A stretch of DNA of 64,000 nucleotides from Dehalococcoidales bacterium. GTDB lineage: Bacteria; Chloroflexota; Dehalococcoidia; Dehalococcoidales; RBG-16-60-22. The notes under the pieces are model-generated. The model was not told the origin of the DNA. It saw only the letters and a program-made list of their open reading frames with translations, and did no database searches. Below are positions 16,800 through 26,271 of this stretch, one piece after another (the first letter of the stretch is position 1; every line of letters starts with the position of its first letter). The DNA lies in assembly GCA_041652735.1 (NCBI GenBank), contig JBAZGT010000004.1, positions 21,916 through 85,915 of the forward strand, read 5' to 3'. Position numbers and translations under genes: made by a program.

Positions 16800-18071
16800 T
16801 TACGGCTGTTCCCGCACCTGCCGCCGCCGCGGCCGCACCGTTTCCCCGCTTTTAACCTCGCTAAGGGGCAGCTCTTTGGCGGTGACGCCGGCGTAGATGA
16901 TGCAGTTGCGCCCGATGGTAAAGTCGGCGGGGACAGTCGCCCCCTTGCCGATGATGGTCAGCCCGCTGTTCAGGATGGCGGGATGCAGACGGTTGGCACG
17001 GTAATCGTTCCCGGCGCCGATATGGCAGTCCGGCTCGATGGTAACCAGTTTGTCCAGTATGGCATGGTCGATGATGCTGTTCCGACCGATAACCGTGCCG
17101 TCCATGACGATGGAATCCTTGACGATGGCTCCCTCCGCCACCTGCACCCCCGGTGAAATGATGGAGTGCTCCACCCGCCCTTCAATCTTGCAACTGCTGG
17201 ACAGCAGGCAATTGGTGACCACGGCGCCGTCCCCGATTTTGCTCGGCGGGCCTTCCGTGGCCCGGGTGTATATCGTCCAGTCTTTGTCCGCCAGGAAGGA
17301 CTGAGAGATGGACATGATTTCCATGTTGGCCTGCCAGTAGCTTTCCAGCGTCCCTATGTCCCGCCAGTAGCCGTCGAATTGGAAGGCGAATATCCGGTTT
17401 TTAGCCACCAGCCGCGGCAGTACGTCCCGCCCGAAGTCATTACCCGTCCGCATATCCAGGCAATCGCGGAGGGTCTTGGTACTAAACAGGTAAACGCCCA
17501 TGGAGACCAGGTTGCTATTCGGTTTTTTTACCTTTTCCTGGAAATGGGTGACCTGTGATTTCTCGTCGAGGCTGACCGTCCCGAAGCGGTGCAGCTCGTC
17601 GTCGGGCATGGGGGTAACGGCCAGGGTAACGTCCGCACCGTTTTGCCGGTGGAAATCCAGCATGGCGGCGTAGTCCATCTTGTAAACGTGGTCGCCGCTG
17701 AGAATCAGCACCTCGTCCATGTCTTCTTTTTCCATGCGGTCCAGGTTCTGGAAAACGGCGTCGGCGGTGCCTTTGTACCAGTCGCGGCCTTCTTCGCGGG
17801 CGAGATAAGGCTGGAGCAGCCGGATATTGCGGTCCGGGGCGTTCAGCCCCCACGGCGTGCCGATGCCGATATGCTCGGTCAGGGAGACGGGCTGGTACTG
17901 GGTAAGGACGATGATGTTGTGGACCTGGGAATTGACGCAGTTGCTGAGGGTAAAGTCTATTATCCGGTATTTCCCGGCAAAAGGTACCGCCGGCTTGGCA
18001 CGGTCCTGAGACAGGATGCTCAAGCGTTCTCCCGTACCGCCGGCTAAAATAACGGCCAGTAACCTGCGCAT
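16800..18071 (-). CDS. glgC: glucose-1-phosphate adenylyltransferase
   Basis: ORF track. ...[43 protein letters not shown]..., with a C-terminal left-handed beta-helix repeat region. Confidence 0.88.
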   Translation of the reverse strand: MRRLLAVILAGGTGERLSILSQDRAKPAVPFAGKYRIIDFTLSNCVNSQVHNIIVLTQYQPVSLTEHIGIGTPWGLNAPDRNIRLLQPYLAREEGRDWYKGTADAVFQNLDRMEKEDMDEVLILSGDHVYKMDYAAMLDFHRQNGADVTLAVTPMPDDELHRFGTVSLDEKSQVTHFQEKVKKPNSNLVSMGVYLFSTKTLRDCLDMRTGNDFGRDVLPRLVAKNRIFAFQFDGYWRDIGTLESYWQANMEIMSISQSFLADKDWTIYTRATEGPPSKIGDGAVVTNCLLSSSCKIEGRVEHSIISPGVQVAEGAIVKDSIVMDGTVIGRNSIIDHAILDKLVTIEPDCHIGAGNDYRANRLHPAILNSGLTIIGKGATVPADFTIGRNCIIYAGVTAKELPLSEVKSGETVRPRRRQVREQP

Positions 18072-18086
18072 GATAACTCTCTAGAC

Positions 18087-18116
18087 ATTGTACCCCAATT
18101 GGAGATTTTGTGTCAT
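18087..18116 (-). promoter_or_regulatory. candidate sigma-70 promoter for glgC with overlapping TGTCA-N9-TGACA palindrome
   Basis: Read on the minus strand: ATGACA (18116-18111), an 18-nt spacer, then TACAAT (18092-18087). This would leave only a very short leader before the ATG at 18071. The palindrome spans 18111-18129. Confidence 0.4.
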
Positions 18117-18312
18117 GTTACAGGTGACAAACCGCGGATTTTAAATATATCACAAATAATAACTGAAAATTAACTATTTCCCGCCGCTTTATTAGTGAGG
18201 CTGTTTATAATATAATTTAAGAACCGTTTAGAGGCGGGCCATAAGGCTGTCAGGAAAGATTGCGGCGCTGTGGCCTGCCGCGGCGGCAGCTTGATAAAAA
18301 AAGAGGGAAAGT

Positions 18313-18726
18313 TTGACCCTTCCAGGTAAGCCGATATTATACTTCGCTTACGCCAGTAATCTTAATAAAAAACAGATGCAGGAACGCTGCCCTGATGCCA
18401 GGCCGCGTTTTTCAGCGGTACTGCCCAACTATAAGCTGGTCTTTTGCGGCTGGTCCCGCCAGTGGCACGGCGGCGTGGCCAGCATAAAACCCTTCCGGGG
18501 GGAAAAGATACGCGGCGCGGTATATGAGGTGACGGATGCCTGCTTTAGAAAGCTGGACACTTATGAGGTGGGCTACACCCGCATGAACGTCACCGTCTTT
18601 GACGAGGACAACCAGCCGCACCTGACCGTGACCTACGTGAAATCCGGACAGCTTCAGGAAGCCCTGCCCTCGAAAGAATACGCCGCGGTCATCAAGCAGG
18701 GATACCGGGACTGGGGCGTGGGCTAG
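18313..18726 (+). CDS. gamma-glutamylcyclotransferase / AIG2-like family protein
   Basis: ORF track. TTG start with AGAGGGA SD. ...ILYFAYASNLNKKQMQERCPDA...GAVYEV.... Confidence 0.7.
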   Translation: MTLPGKPILYFAYASNLNKKQMQERCPDARPRFSAVLPNYKLVFCGWSRQWHGGVASIKPFRGEKIRGAVYEVTDACFRKLDTYEVGYTRMNVTVFDEDNQPHLTVTYVKSGQLQEALPSKEYAAVIKQGYRDWGVG

Positions 18727-18817
18727 CCGTATTTTTTCATTTATTCGGTCGAATTTTCCCGTTTTACTTGTGTTACAATGTAAGCCGAGACAGCGCTTTT
18801 TGAACAGAGTGTAAAAA

Positions 18818-19042
18818 ATGGGTAAAATCGGGCGGCCTTCCAACGACGAGGCCGGGAAACACCCGCTGCGCGGGCAATTGAACGGGGATGTGCCCTGGCT
18901 GAACGGCTGCGAGGAATACGCCAGGGACACCTGCCTGGACTGTCCCGTGCCGCTGGCGGAATGTCCCGCCGAACACCCCCGCCTCCACAAGGGCGGCCGG
19001 CCGCCGGGGAGCCGGAATAAAAACGGGGATTCCCCGGGGTAA
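18818..19042 (+). CDS. hypothetical small Cys-rich protein (74 aa) upstream of ahcY
   Basis: ORF track. Strong GC3 bias is consistent with coding. Four Cys residues (CEEYARDTCLDCPVPLAEC) are flanked by GRP-containing basic segments. The SD is poor. The stop lies 10 nt before the ahcY ATG. Confidence 0.45.
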   Translation: MGKIGRPSNDEAGKHPLRGQLNGDVPWLNGCEEYARDTCLDCPVPLAECPAEHPRLHKGGRPPGSRNKNGDSPG

Positions 19043-19052
19043 GGAGTGATGA

Positions 19053-20318
<1,266 letters not shown>

Positions 20319-20342
20319 AATCTCGACCCGTATATAATAACC

Positions 20343-20569
20343 ATCCCGACGAAAGTCGGGATCCAGGTAGTCAGAGATAGCGTAATTTACGCCTAAACAG
20401 TAAAAGGCAGAGTCACTGGATTCCGGTTTTCACCGGAATGGTAGAGATTTTTGAAAAGAATATGATGTAGCATTCCTCCCCCTTGATGAAAGAGGTCAGG
20501 TGAGGGTGGAATTGGGGTAACTCGATGAGATTGCTTCGTCATCTCTTCGTGACTCCTCGCCATGACAAT
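20343..20569. repeat. mosaic of four hairpin repeat units between ahcY and metK
   Basis: Four units are present. ATCCCGAC-gaaa-GTCGGGAT at 20343-20362. ATTCCGG-ttttca-CCGGAAT at 20420-20439, in opposite orientation. CCTCCCCCTTGATGAAAGAGGTCAGGTGAGGGTGG at 20475-20509. GAGATTGCTTCGTC...CTCGCCATGACAAT at 20527-20569. Confidence 0.75.
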
Positions 20570-20589
20570 TTAAAACGGAGGCAAAGTTA

Positions 20590-21798
20590 ATGAACAGTTT
20601 TTCCGCGGCATCCAAGTATTTATTCACCTCGGAGTCCGTCACCGAAGGGCACCCGGATAAAATCTGCGACCAGGTGGCGGACGCTATCCTGGACGTGATT
20701 ATGGAGAAAGACCCTTACGGCCGGGTAGCCTGTGAGGTGGCAACTACCACCGGCCTGGTTATCGTTTTGGGGGAAATCACCACCAAATGCTATGTTGATG
20801 TTCCCAACATCGTAAAGAATGTCGTGCGCGATATCGGTTATACCCGCCCGGAATACGGCTTCGATGACCGGTCCGTGGGCGTTTTAGCGTCGATTAAAGA
20901 GCAGTCGCCGGATATTGACATGGGCGTCAGCAAGTCGCTGGAAGCTAAAGAGACCACCGGCATCAGCCACCTCGACGAAATCGGCGCGGGCGACCAGGGT
21001 ATGATGGTGGGCTTTGCCTGCAACGAGACGCCGGAGTTGATGCCCCTCTCCACCTCCCTCGCCCACAAGCTTTGCCGCTGCCTGGCGGCAGTCAGAAAGA
21101 ACGGGACGCTCAAGTACCTCCGCCCGGACGGCAAGAGCCAGGTGACAGTGGAATACCATAACGGCGTCCCCAGGCGCATCGATAACATCGTCATCGGCGC
21201 CCAGCACGACCCTGATATCACCCACGAGCAGATTGAGCGGGACATCATCAAACATGTCATTAAAGAGGTGGTGCCGGCTGAATACCTGGATGCGGACACC
21301 AGATATTACGTTAATGCCACGGGGCGGTTCGTCATCGGCGGGCCGGTATCGGATACCGGCTGTACCGGGCGCAAGATAATCGTGGACACTTACGGAGGGG
21401 TGGCGCGCCACGGCGGCGGTTCTTTCTCCGGCAAGGACCCCACCAAGGTGGACCGCTCGGCGGCGTACATGACGCGCTACATCGCCAAGAACGTGGTGGC
21501 CGCCGGGCTGGCGGACCGGATTGAAATACAGGTGGCTTACGTCATCGGCAAGGCGCACCCGCTTTCCGTTTCCGTCGAGACTTTCGATACCGCCAAGGTG
21601 GACAACCAGGTCATCCTGGACCTGATTAACAAGCACTTCGACCTGCGCCCCGGCGCCATAATAGAGTACTTTAAACTGCGCCGCCCCATCTACCGCCAGA
21701 CCGCCGCTTATGGGCACTTCGGGCGGACGGACATAGACCTGCCCTGGGAAGCCACAGACAAGGCGGAGGTGTTGAAGGAGGAGGGATTTGGGGGTTAG
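20590..21798 (+). CDS. metK: S-adenosylmethionine synthase
   Basis: ORF track. ...[17 protein letters not shown]...GAGDQGMM...[19 protein letters not shown]. Confidence 0.93.
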   Translation: MNSFSAASKYLFTSESVTEGHPDKICDQVADAILDVIMEKDPYGRVACEVATTTGLVIVLGEITTKCYVDVPNIVKNVVRDIGYTRPEYGFDDRSVGVLASIKEQSPDIDMGVSKSLEAKETTGISHLDEIGAGDQGMMVGFACNETPELMPLSTSLAHKLCRCLAAVRKNGTLKYLRPDGKSQVTVEYHNGVPRRIDNIVIGAQHDPDITHEQIERDIIKHVIKEVVPAEYLDADTRYYVNATGRFVIGGPVSDTGCTGRKIIVDTYGGVARHGGGSFSGKDPTKVDRSAAYMTRYIAKNVVAAGLADRIEIQVAYVIGKAHPLSVSVETFDTAKVDNQVILDLINKHFDLRPGAIIEYFKLRRPIYRQTAAYGHFGRTDIDLPWEATDKAEVLKEEGFGG

Positions 21799-21871
21799 GA
21801 GAAATTAAAAATCAGAAATCAAATCTCAAAGATACAAACAAAAACGAAAAAGTGGTGTGAAATCTCTTTCG

Positions 21872-21892
21872 TCCCCCTATATTAATGGGGGA
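21872..21892. repeat. hairpin TCCCCC-tatattaat-GGGGGA
   Basis: Read directly. It lies in an AT-rich spacer that begins with an A-rich tract (aaaaatcagaaatcaaatctcaaagatacaaacaaaaacgaaaaag). Confidence 0.6.
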
Positions 21893-21950
21893 TTTTATAC
21901 ACTAGCCTTCCCGCCTCCTTGGAAAGAGGACTTTTACAAGGGGTGGAAAT

Positions 21951-22535
21951 GTGGACAAAAGTAAAGCTGTAAAAGTATTAGTGGATAATATTTGTATTAG
22001 GCTATCATTATTCGCTAAGCAAATAGAAAAAGTAACTTCTGATCCGAATCTTAAAATAATTGGATTTCATGAATGGCTATTATTTCTTATCCACCATATA
22101 GATTATTTAGCATTTAGTAAAGGTTTAGAGGAGAACCAAAGATATTTAGTACGAGAAGAGATTTTTCGGAATTTATTAGAAAGGGATATTTTGCCTCCAA
22201 AAGTAGAAAGTGAAATGATTGATAGAGGAGAGAAACCAAGTATACGTTCGCTTGGTGGAGATAACCCGGTTATTATTTTTTCTTTGATGAAATCATTTCG
22301 CCAAGAAGCAAACGAGCGAGATGAATATTACAGTACTTGTACAACACTTGTTGGGAAATATCCATTAGATGAAAGAGGTTTTGTTAACAAACTAATAAAT
22401 AATATAGTAATGAGTTCTGGTTGCGGCAGGAATTTCCTAAATGAAATACTTATAACGGATATAGCAGTTTCATTATTGTTGAACAAAAAACTAGCTAAAG
22501 AAGACATGAAAGCTCTTGATACATTCAAAGATTAG
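21951..22535 (+). CDS. hypothetical protein, 194 aa, strongly low-GC (probably horizontally acquired)
   Basis: ORF track. GTG start with GGGGTGG SD. My hand count of the first 70 nt gives 22 G+C, against a clearly GC-rich background. I recognise no motif. Confidence 0.6.
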   Translation: MDKSKAVKVLVDNICIRLSLFAKQIEKVTSDPNLKIIGFHEWLLFLIHHIDYLAFSKGLEENQRYLVREEIFRNLLERDILPPKVESEMIDRGEKPSIRSLGGDNPVIIFSLMKSFRQEANERDEYYSTCTTLVGKYPLDERGFVNKLINNIVMSSGCGRNFLNEILITDIAVSLLLNKKLAKEDMKALDTFKD

Positions 22536-22547
22536 CGAATATCTTTA

Positions 22548-22590
22548 TCTCCCTCGCCGTAAACGGAGAGGGAAAAAAGGTAAGGTCGCG
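22548..22590. repeat. hairpin repeat TCCCTCgCCG-taaa-CGGaGAGGGA followed by AAAAAAGGTAAGGTC
   Basis: Read directly. It belongs to the same family as 8292-8330 and 55128-55161 and could act as a 3' end structure for the 194-aa gene. Confidence 0.65.
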
Positions 22591-22604
22591 TCAATTGTAT
22601 CTTG

Positions 22605-22613
22605 TGCTATAAT
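22605..22613 (+). promoter_or_regulatory. extended -10 promoter (TGcTATAAT) for the hicB/hicA-like pair
   Basis: TGCTATAAT lies 37 nt upstream of the ATG at 22650. A GGAG SD lies 6 nt before that ATG. Confidence 0.45.
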
Positions 22614-22649
22614 ATATTTGCTTGAAACAGTCCCTTACCGGAGCGTGAA

Positions 22650-22841
22650 ATGGAAACTTTGAAATTCGTATATTATCAGGAAGACGATATGTGGATTGGC
22701 TGGCTGGAAGAATTTCCCGATTATCGCACCCAGGGCGCCAGTCTTGACGATTTAAAAGAACATCTCAAAGACTTATTCCAGGACCTTAGCACCGGCAAGA
22801 TTCCGCGCGCTCGTCGTCATGGTGAGCTGTTAGTTGGATGA
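22650..22841 (+). CDS. hicB: HicB-like antitoxin (short, 63 aa)
   Basis: ORF track. METLKFVYYQEDDMWIGWLEEFPDYRTQGASLDDLKEHLKDLFQDL matches the short HicB-like antitoxin pattern as I recall it. It overlaps the next ORF through ATGA. Confidence 0.7.
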   Translation: METLKFVYYQEDDMWIGWLEEFPDYRTQGASLDDLKEHLKDLFQDLSTGKIPRARRHGELLVG

Positions 22842-23014
22842 AACGCGTTGACCTTATCAAAAAAATCGAGCGTCTGGGTTGTGTACTGATACGTCATGGA
22901 GCCAAACATGACTGGTACCAAAACCCCGAAACTAAAATCTCGCAGCCCGTCCCGAGACACCGTGAAATAATCGAAAGTCTCGCCAAATATATTCTTAAAA
23001 AACTCGGCGCTTAA
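22838..23014 (+). CDS. hicA: HicA-family mRNA-interferase toxin (58 aa), missing from the ORF track
   Basis: Own translation: MKRVDLIKKIERLGCVLIRHGAKHDWYQNPETKISQPVPRHREIIESLAKYILKKLGA. This is the HicA/YcfA pattern (..G..l.R.GgsH..y.np......pvPrH.ei......ilk.lg). Confidence 0.7.
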   Translation: MKRVDLIKKIERLGCVLIRHGAKHDWYQNPETKISQPVPRHREIIESLAKYILKKLGA

Positions 23015-23075
23015 GAGGGGCGCAGCCCCTTTGCCATATCCTCCCCCTCAATGCGGGTGGAGAGGGGGATAAAGG
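23015..23075. repeat. hairpin GAGGGGC-gca-GCCCCTT (possible hicA terminator) plus hairpin repeat TCCCCCTC...GAGGGGGA / AAAGGGGGAG
   Basis: Read directly at 23015-23031 and 23042-23069. The T-run after the first stem is weak. Confidence 0.5.
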
Positions 23076-23087
23076 GGGAGATGTCCA

Positions 23088-24515
23088 GTGAAACCAAATC
23101 CTATCAAATTCGGCACGGACGGCTGGCGCGCTATTATCGCGGAGGACTTTACCTTTGAGAACGTACGCTACTGCGCCCAGGGCGTGGCGGACTACTTAAA
23201 ACAGTCGAAGCTGGCGGGCAAGGGCATCGTCATCGGCTATGATACCCGCTTTGACTCGGAGGACTTTGCCGCGGCCGCCGCGGAGGTGATTGCCGGCAGC
23301 GGCATTAAGGTTTACCTCGCCCCCAAAGCCGTCCCCACCCCGGTGGTAAGCTACGGCGTCCTCGCCAAGCAGGCCGGCGGCGCTATCGTCATTACCGCCA
23401 GCCATAATCCGGGCATCTGGAACGGCTTCAAAATCAAGGACGAGCATGGTTCCAGCGCCTCCGATGATATTACCTCTAAAGTAGTGGGCTATATCAACAA
23501 GGCCTATGACGCCGGTAAAGTGAGCCGCCTGGCCCTGGCTGACGCCAAGAAGCAGGGACTGGTGATAGAGTCGGACCTGGATACCGCCTATTATGAGCAA
23601 ATCGCCCGGCTGGTCGATATCGATAGCCTGAAGCGCGCCGATCTCAAGCTGGTCATCGACCCCATGTACGGGGCGGGGGCGGGGTATTTGAAAGACATCC
23701 TGGGCGGCGGCGCTATCCGGCTGACGGAGATTCACGGCCAGCGCAACCCCCTTTTCCCCGGTCTCCGCCCGGAGCCGATACTCCCCAACGTTGACGAGCT
23801 GGCCGCGGTGGTCAAAGCGCAAAAAGCCGGCGCCGGCCTGGCCACCGACGGTGACGCCGACCGCATGGGCATCGTGGATGAAAAGGGGAATTTCGTCACC
23901 CAGCTCCAGGTGTTCGCCCTGCTCTGCCTCTATCTATTGGAAGTCCGCGGCGAGCGCGGCGCCATTATCAAGACAATCACTACCACCAGCCTGACTTACC
24001 GCCTCGGGGAGATTTTCCAGGTACCGGTCTATGAGACGGCGGTAGGGTTTAAATACGTCGCCCCCATGATGCGCTCCAAGAACGCCCTTATCGGCGGGGA
24101 GGAAAGCGGCGGCTACGGCTTCCGCGGGCATGTCCTGGAAAGGGACGGCGTCCTGGCCAACCTCTATTTCCTGGACCTGATGGTGCGCACCGGCAAAAAG
24201 CCCTCGGAGCTTATTGAATACCTGTATAGTCGGGTAGGGCCGCACCATTACCGGCGGGTGGATATCACCTTCCCGGAAAGCCAGCGGCAGGCCATTATCC
24301 AGCGGGTGCGGGACAACCCGCCGCAGACTATCGATAACGTTAAGGTGGTAAAAACAGACACCACGGAGGGGTTCCGCTTTTTCCTGGCGGACAATACCTG
24401 GCTGCTCATCCGGTTCTCCGGCACGGAGCCCCTGCTGCGGATTTACGCGGAAACGGACTCGCCGGAGCGGGCGGAAAAGCTGCTGGAAATCGGCCGGAAA
24501 ATGGCGGGAGTGTAA
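23088..24515 (+). CDS. phosphoglucomutase/phosphomannomutase family protein
   Basis: ORF track. GTG start. ...ITASHNPGIWNGFK (phosphoserine loop), ...ATDGDADRMG..., ...GGEESGG.... Confidence 0.88.
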   Translation: MKPNPIKFGTDGWRAIIAEDFTFENVRYCAQGVADYLKQSKLAGKGIVIGYDTRFDSEDFAAAAAEVIAGSGIKVYLAPKAVPTPVVSYGVLAKQAGGAIVITASHNPGIWNGFKIKDEHGSSASDDITSKVVGYINKAYDAGKVSRLALADAKKQGLVIESDLDTAYYEQIARLVDIDSLKRADLKLVIDPMYGAGAGYLKDILGGGAIRLTEIHGQRNPLFPGLRPEPILPNVDELAAVVKAQKAGAGLATDGDADRMGIVDEKGNFVTQLQVFALLCLYLLEVRGERGAIIKTITTTSLTYRLGEIFQVPVYETAVGFKYVAPMMRSKNALIGGEESGGYGFRGHVLERDGVLANLYFLDLMVRTGKKPSELIEYLYSRVGPHHYRRVDITFPESQRQAIIQRVRDNPPQTIDNVKVVKTDTTEGFRFFLADNTWLLIRFSGTEPLLRIYAETDSPERAEKLLEIGRKMAGV

Positions 24516-24574
24516 TTATTGCCAGCCCGCCGGAACGCTCATGGGGAGTATGTCGGACCATCGCGCGGGCGGGT

Positions 24575-24639
24575 CATTGCGAGGAGCGAAGCGGCAATCT
24601 CTATCGACGTGATACCGATGGTTGCGCCTCGTTTGCAAC
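24575..24639. repeat. hairpin repeats CATTGCGAGGAGCGAAGCGGCAATCT and GTTGC-gcctcgttt-GCAAC
   Basis: Read directly at 24575-24600 and 24621-24639. They are related to the unit at 20527-20569. Confidence 0.65.
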
Positions 24640-24669
24640 AACCTTTAGCGACATCAAAAGAAGGCGGTA

Positions 24670-25743
24670 GTGCAAATGTCTGATATCAACCTCGATGACG
24701 TAAAAATTTACGCGAAGAACGACCCCGACGGCATGCTGGCGCGCATTAAGGAATTGCCCCTGCAAATCAAGCAGGCTTGGCAGTCCGCCATGTCTTTCCC
24801 CCTCCCCCCGGATTATAAAAACGTAAATAAAGTGGTGGTGCTGGGCATGGGCGGCTCGGCCATCGGCGGTGACCTGGTGCGCAGCCTGGCGCAGGCGGAA
24901 GCCGGGGTGCCGGTCATCGTCCACCGGGACTACGGCCTGCCCGCTTACGTGGATGATAAAACGCTGCTGATAGCCTCCAGCTATTCCGGCAACACGGAGG
25001 AGACGCTCTCCGGCTTTGAACCGGCGCTGAAGACGGGCGCCAAAAAGCTGGCGATGACCACCGGCGGCAAGCTGGAGCAGATGGCGCAGGCTAATCATAT
25101 TCCGGTTTTCAAGATAGAATACCAGGCCCAGCCGCGGGCGGCCCTCGGCTACAGCTTTATCCCCACCCTGGCCGTGATGCAGCGGCTTGGCTTCATCAGT
25201 GATAAGTCGGCGGACGTGGCGGAAACGGTAAAGGTGCTGGAAAACCTCGCCTCAAAACTGGAGGAAAAGTCGCTGGAAAAGTCCAATCCCGCCAAGCAGG
25301 TGGCGCGGCGGCTTTACGGGCATTTGCCGGTGGTCTACGGCGCGGGCATCGCCTCCGAGGCGGCACATCGCTGGAAGACCCAGCTCAACGAAAACAGCAA
25401 GGCCTGGGCTTTTTACGAGGCCTTCCCGGAGCTCAACCACAACGCCACGGTCGGTTTCCCGCTGCCCAAAGAAGTGGCGTCCAAGATACGGGTTGTCTTG
25501 TTGCGCTCGCCGCTGTTCAACCAGCGCATCAAGCTCCGCTACGAGGTGACCTGCGAGCTTCTCAAGCAGTCCGGCGTGGCTTATGAGTTCGTGGATGGGG
25601 AGGGGCAAAGCGCCCTGGCGCAGATGGTCAGCCTGGTGATGTTCGGGGACTTTGCCAGCTACTACCTGGCTATTTTATATCAGGTGGACCCGTCCCCGGT
25701 TAAGGTTATTTCATATCTAAAGGACAAATTGGCCAGGGGGTAG
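24670..25743 (+). CDS. bifunctional phosphoglucose/phosphomannose isomerase (SIS-domain PGI/PMI)
   Basis: ORF track, with a possible start at ATG 24676. ...VVVLGMGGSAIGGDL...ASSYSGNTEETL...HRWKTQLNENSK.... Confidence 0.8.
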   Translation: MQMSDINLDDVKIYAKNDPDGMLARIKELPLQIKQAWQSAMSFPLPPDYKNVNKVVVLGMGGSAIGGDLVRSLAQAEAGVPVIVHRDYGLPAYVDDKTLLIASSYSGNTEETLSGFEPALKTGAKKLAMTTGGKLEQMAQANHIPVFKIEYQAQPRAALGYSFIPTLAVMQRLGFISDKSADVAETVKVLENLASKLEEKSLEKSNPAKQVARRLYGHLPVVYGAGIASEAAHRWKTQLNENSKAWAFYEAFPELNHNATVGFPLPKEVASKIRVVLLRSPLFNQRIKLRYEVTCELLKQSGVAYEFVDGEGQSALAQMVSLVMFGDFASYYLAILYQVDPSPVKVISYLKDKLARG

Positions 25744-25745
25744 GG

Positions 25746-26264
25746 ATGGAGCTGAAGGGCAAGCGCGTAACCATACGCCCGGTAACGGAAACGGATATCC
25801 CCGTTATTCACCGGTGGTGGAACGACCCCGTGGTCATGCGTGAAGTCCGCGCTGAAAAACTCAAGCCCTCCCTGGAGATGGTCCGCAAGCACTGGGCCGC
25901 CTGGCAAAATCCCGGCCCCCGGGACTTCCATATGTTCATCATCTGCCTGGGCGGTAAACCCATCGGGGAAATCGGCTACCGCTGTACCGACTCGGACACG
26001 CAGACGTTCTCCCTGGACATAAAAATAGGGGAGACTGATTTATGGGGTCGGGGACTGGCCGCCGCGGCCAACCGACTTTTTATCGACTGGCTTTTTAACG
26101 GGCTGCATGCCCGGCGCCTTACCGTAGAACCCGGCGACTGGAATCAGCGCAGCATCCGCCTGGCGCAAAAGTGCGGCTTTAAGGAAATCCGGCGCGAGGC
26201 ATCCCCGGCCAACGCGTTTTTCGATGGTGGGGTGGGGGTCACCATGCAGCTGGATAGGGATTAA
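25746..26264 (+). CDS. GNAT-family N-acetyltransferase
   Basis: ORF track. 172 aa, ...IGEIGY...WGRGLA... (acetyl-CoA binding-like), ...RSIRLAQKCGFKE. Confidence 0.75.
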   Translation: MELKGKRVTIRPVTETDIPVIHRWWNDPVVMREVRAEKLKPSLEMVRKHWAAWQNPGPRDFHMFIICLGGKPIGEIGYRCTDSDTQTFSLDIKIGETDLWGRGLAAAANRLFIDWLFNGLHARRLTVEPGDWNQRSIRLAQKCGFKEIRREASPANAFFDGGVGVTMQLDRD

Positions 26265-26271
26265 CTTCTCT

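Noticed and set aside
18727-19052. Possible SAH riboswitch upstream of ahcY.
   Set aside because: I could not find the conserved core strings as I remember them (AGGAGCGCUGC ... CAGGCUCGG ... GGCGCUCAC). A covariance-model scan is needed to be certain.
20319-20589. Possible SAM riboswitch upstream of metK.
   Set aside because: The spacer is fully explained by four hairpin repeat units seen elsewhere in the window. No SAM-I-like four-way junction motifs are apparent.
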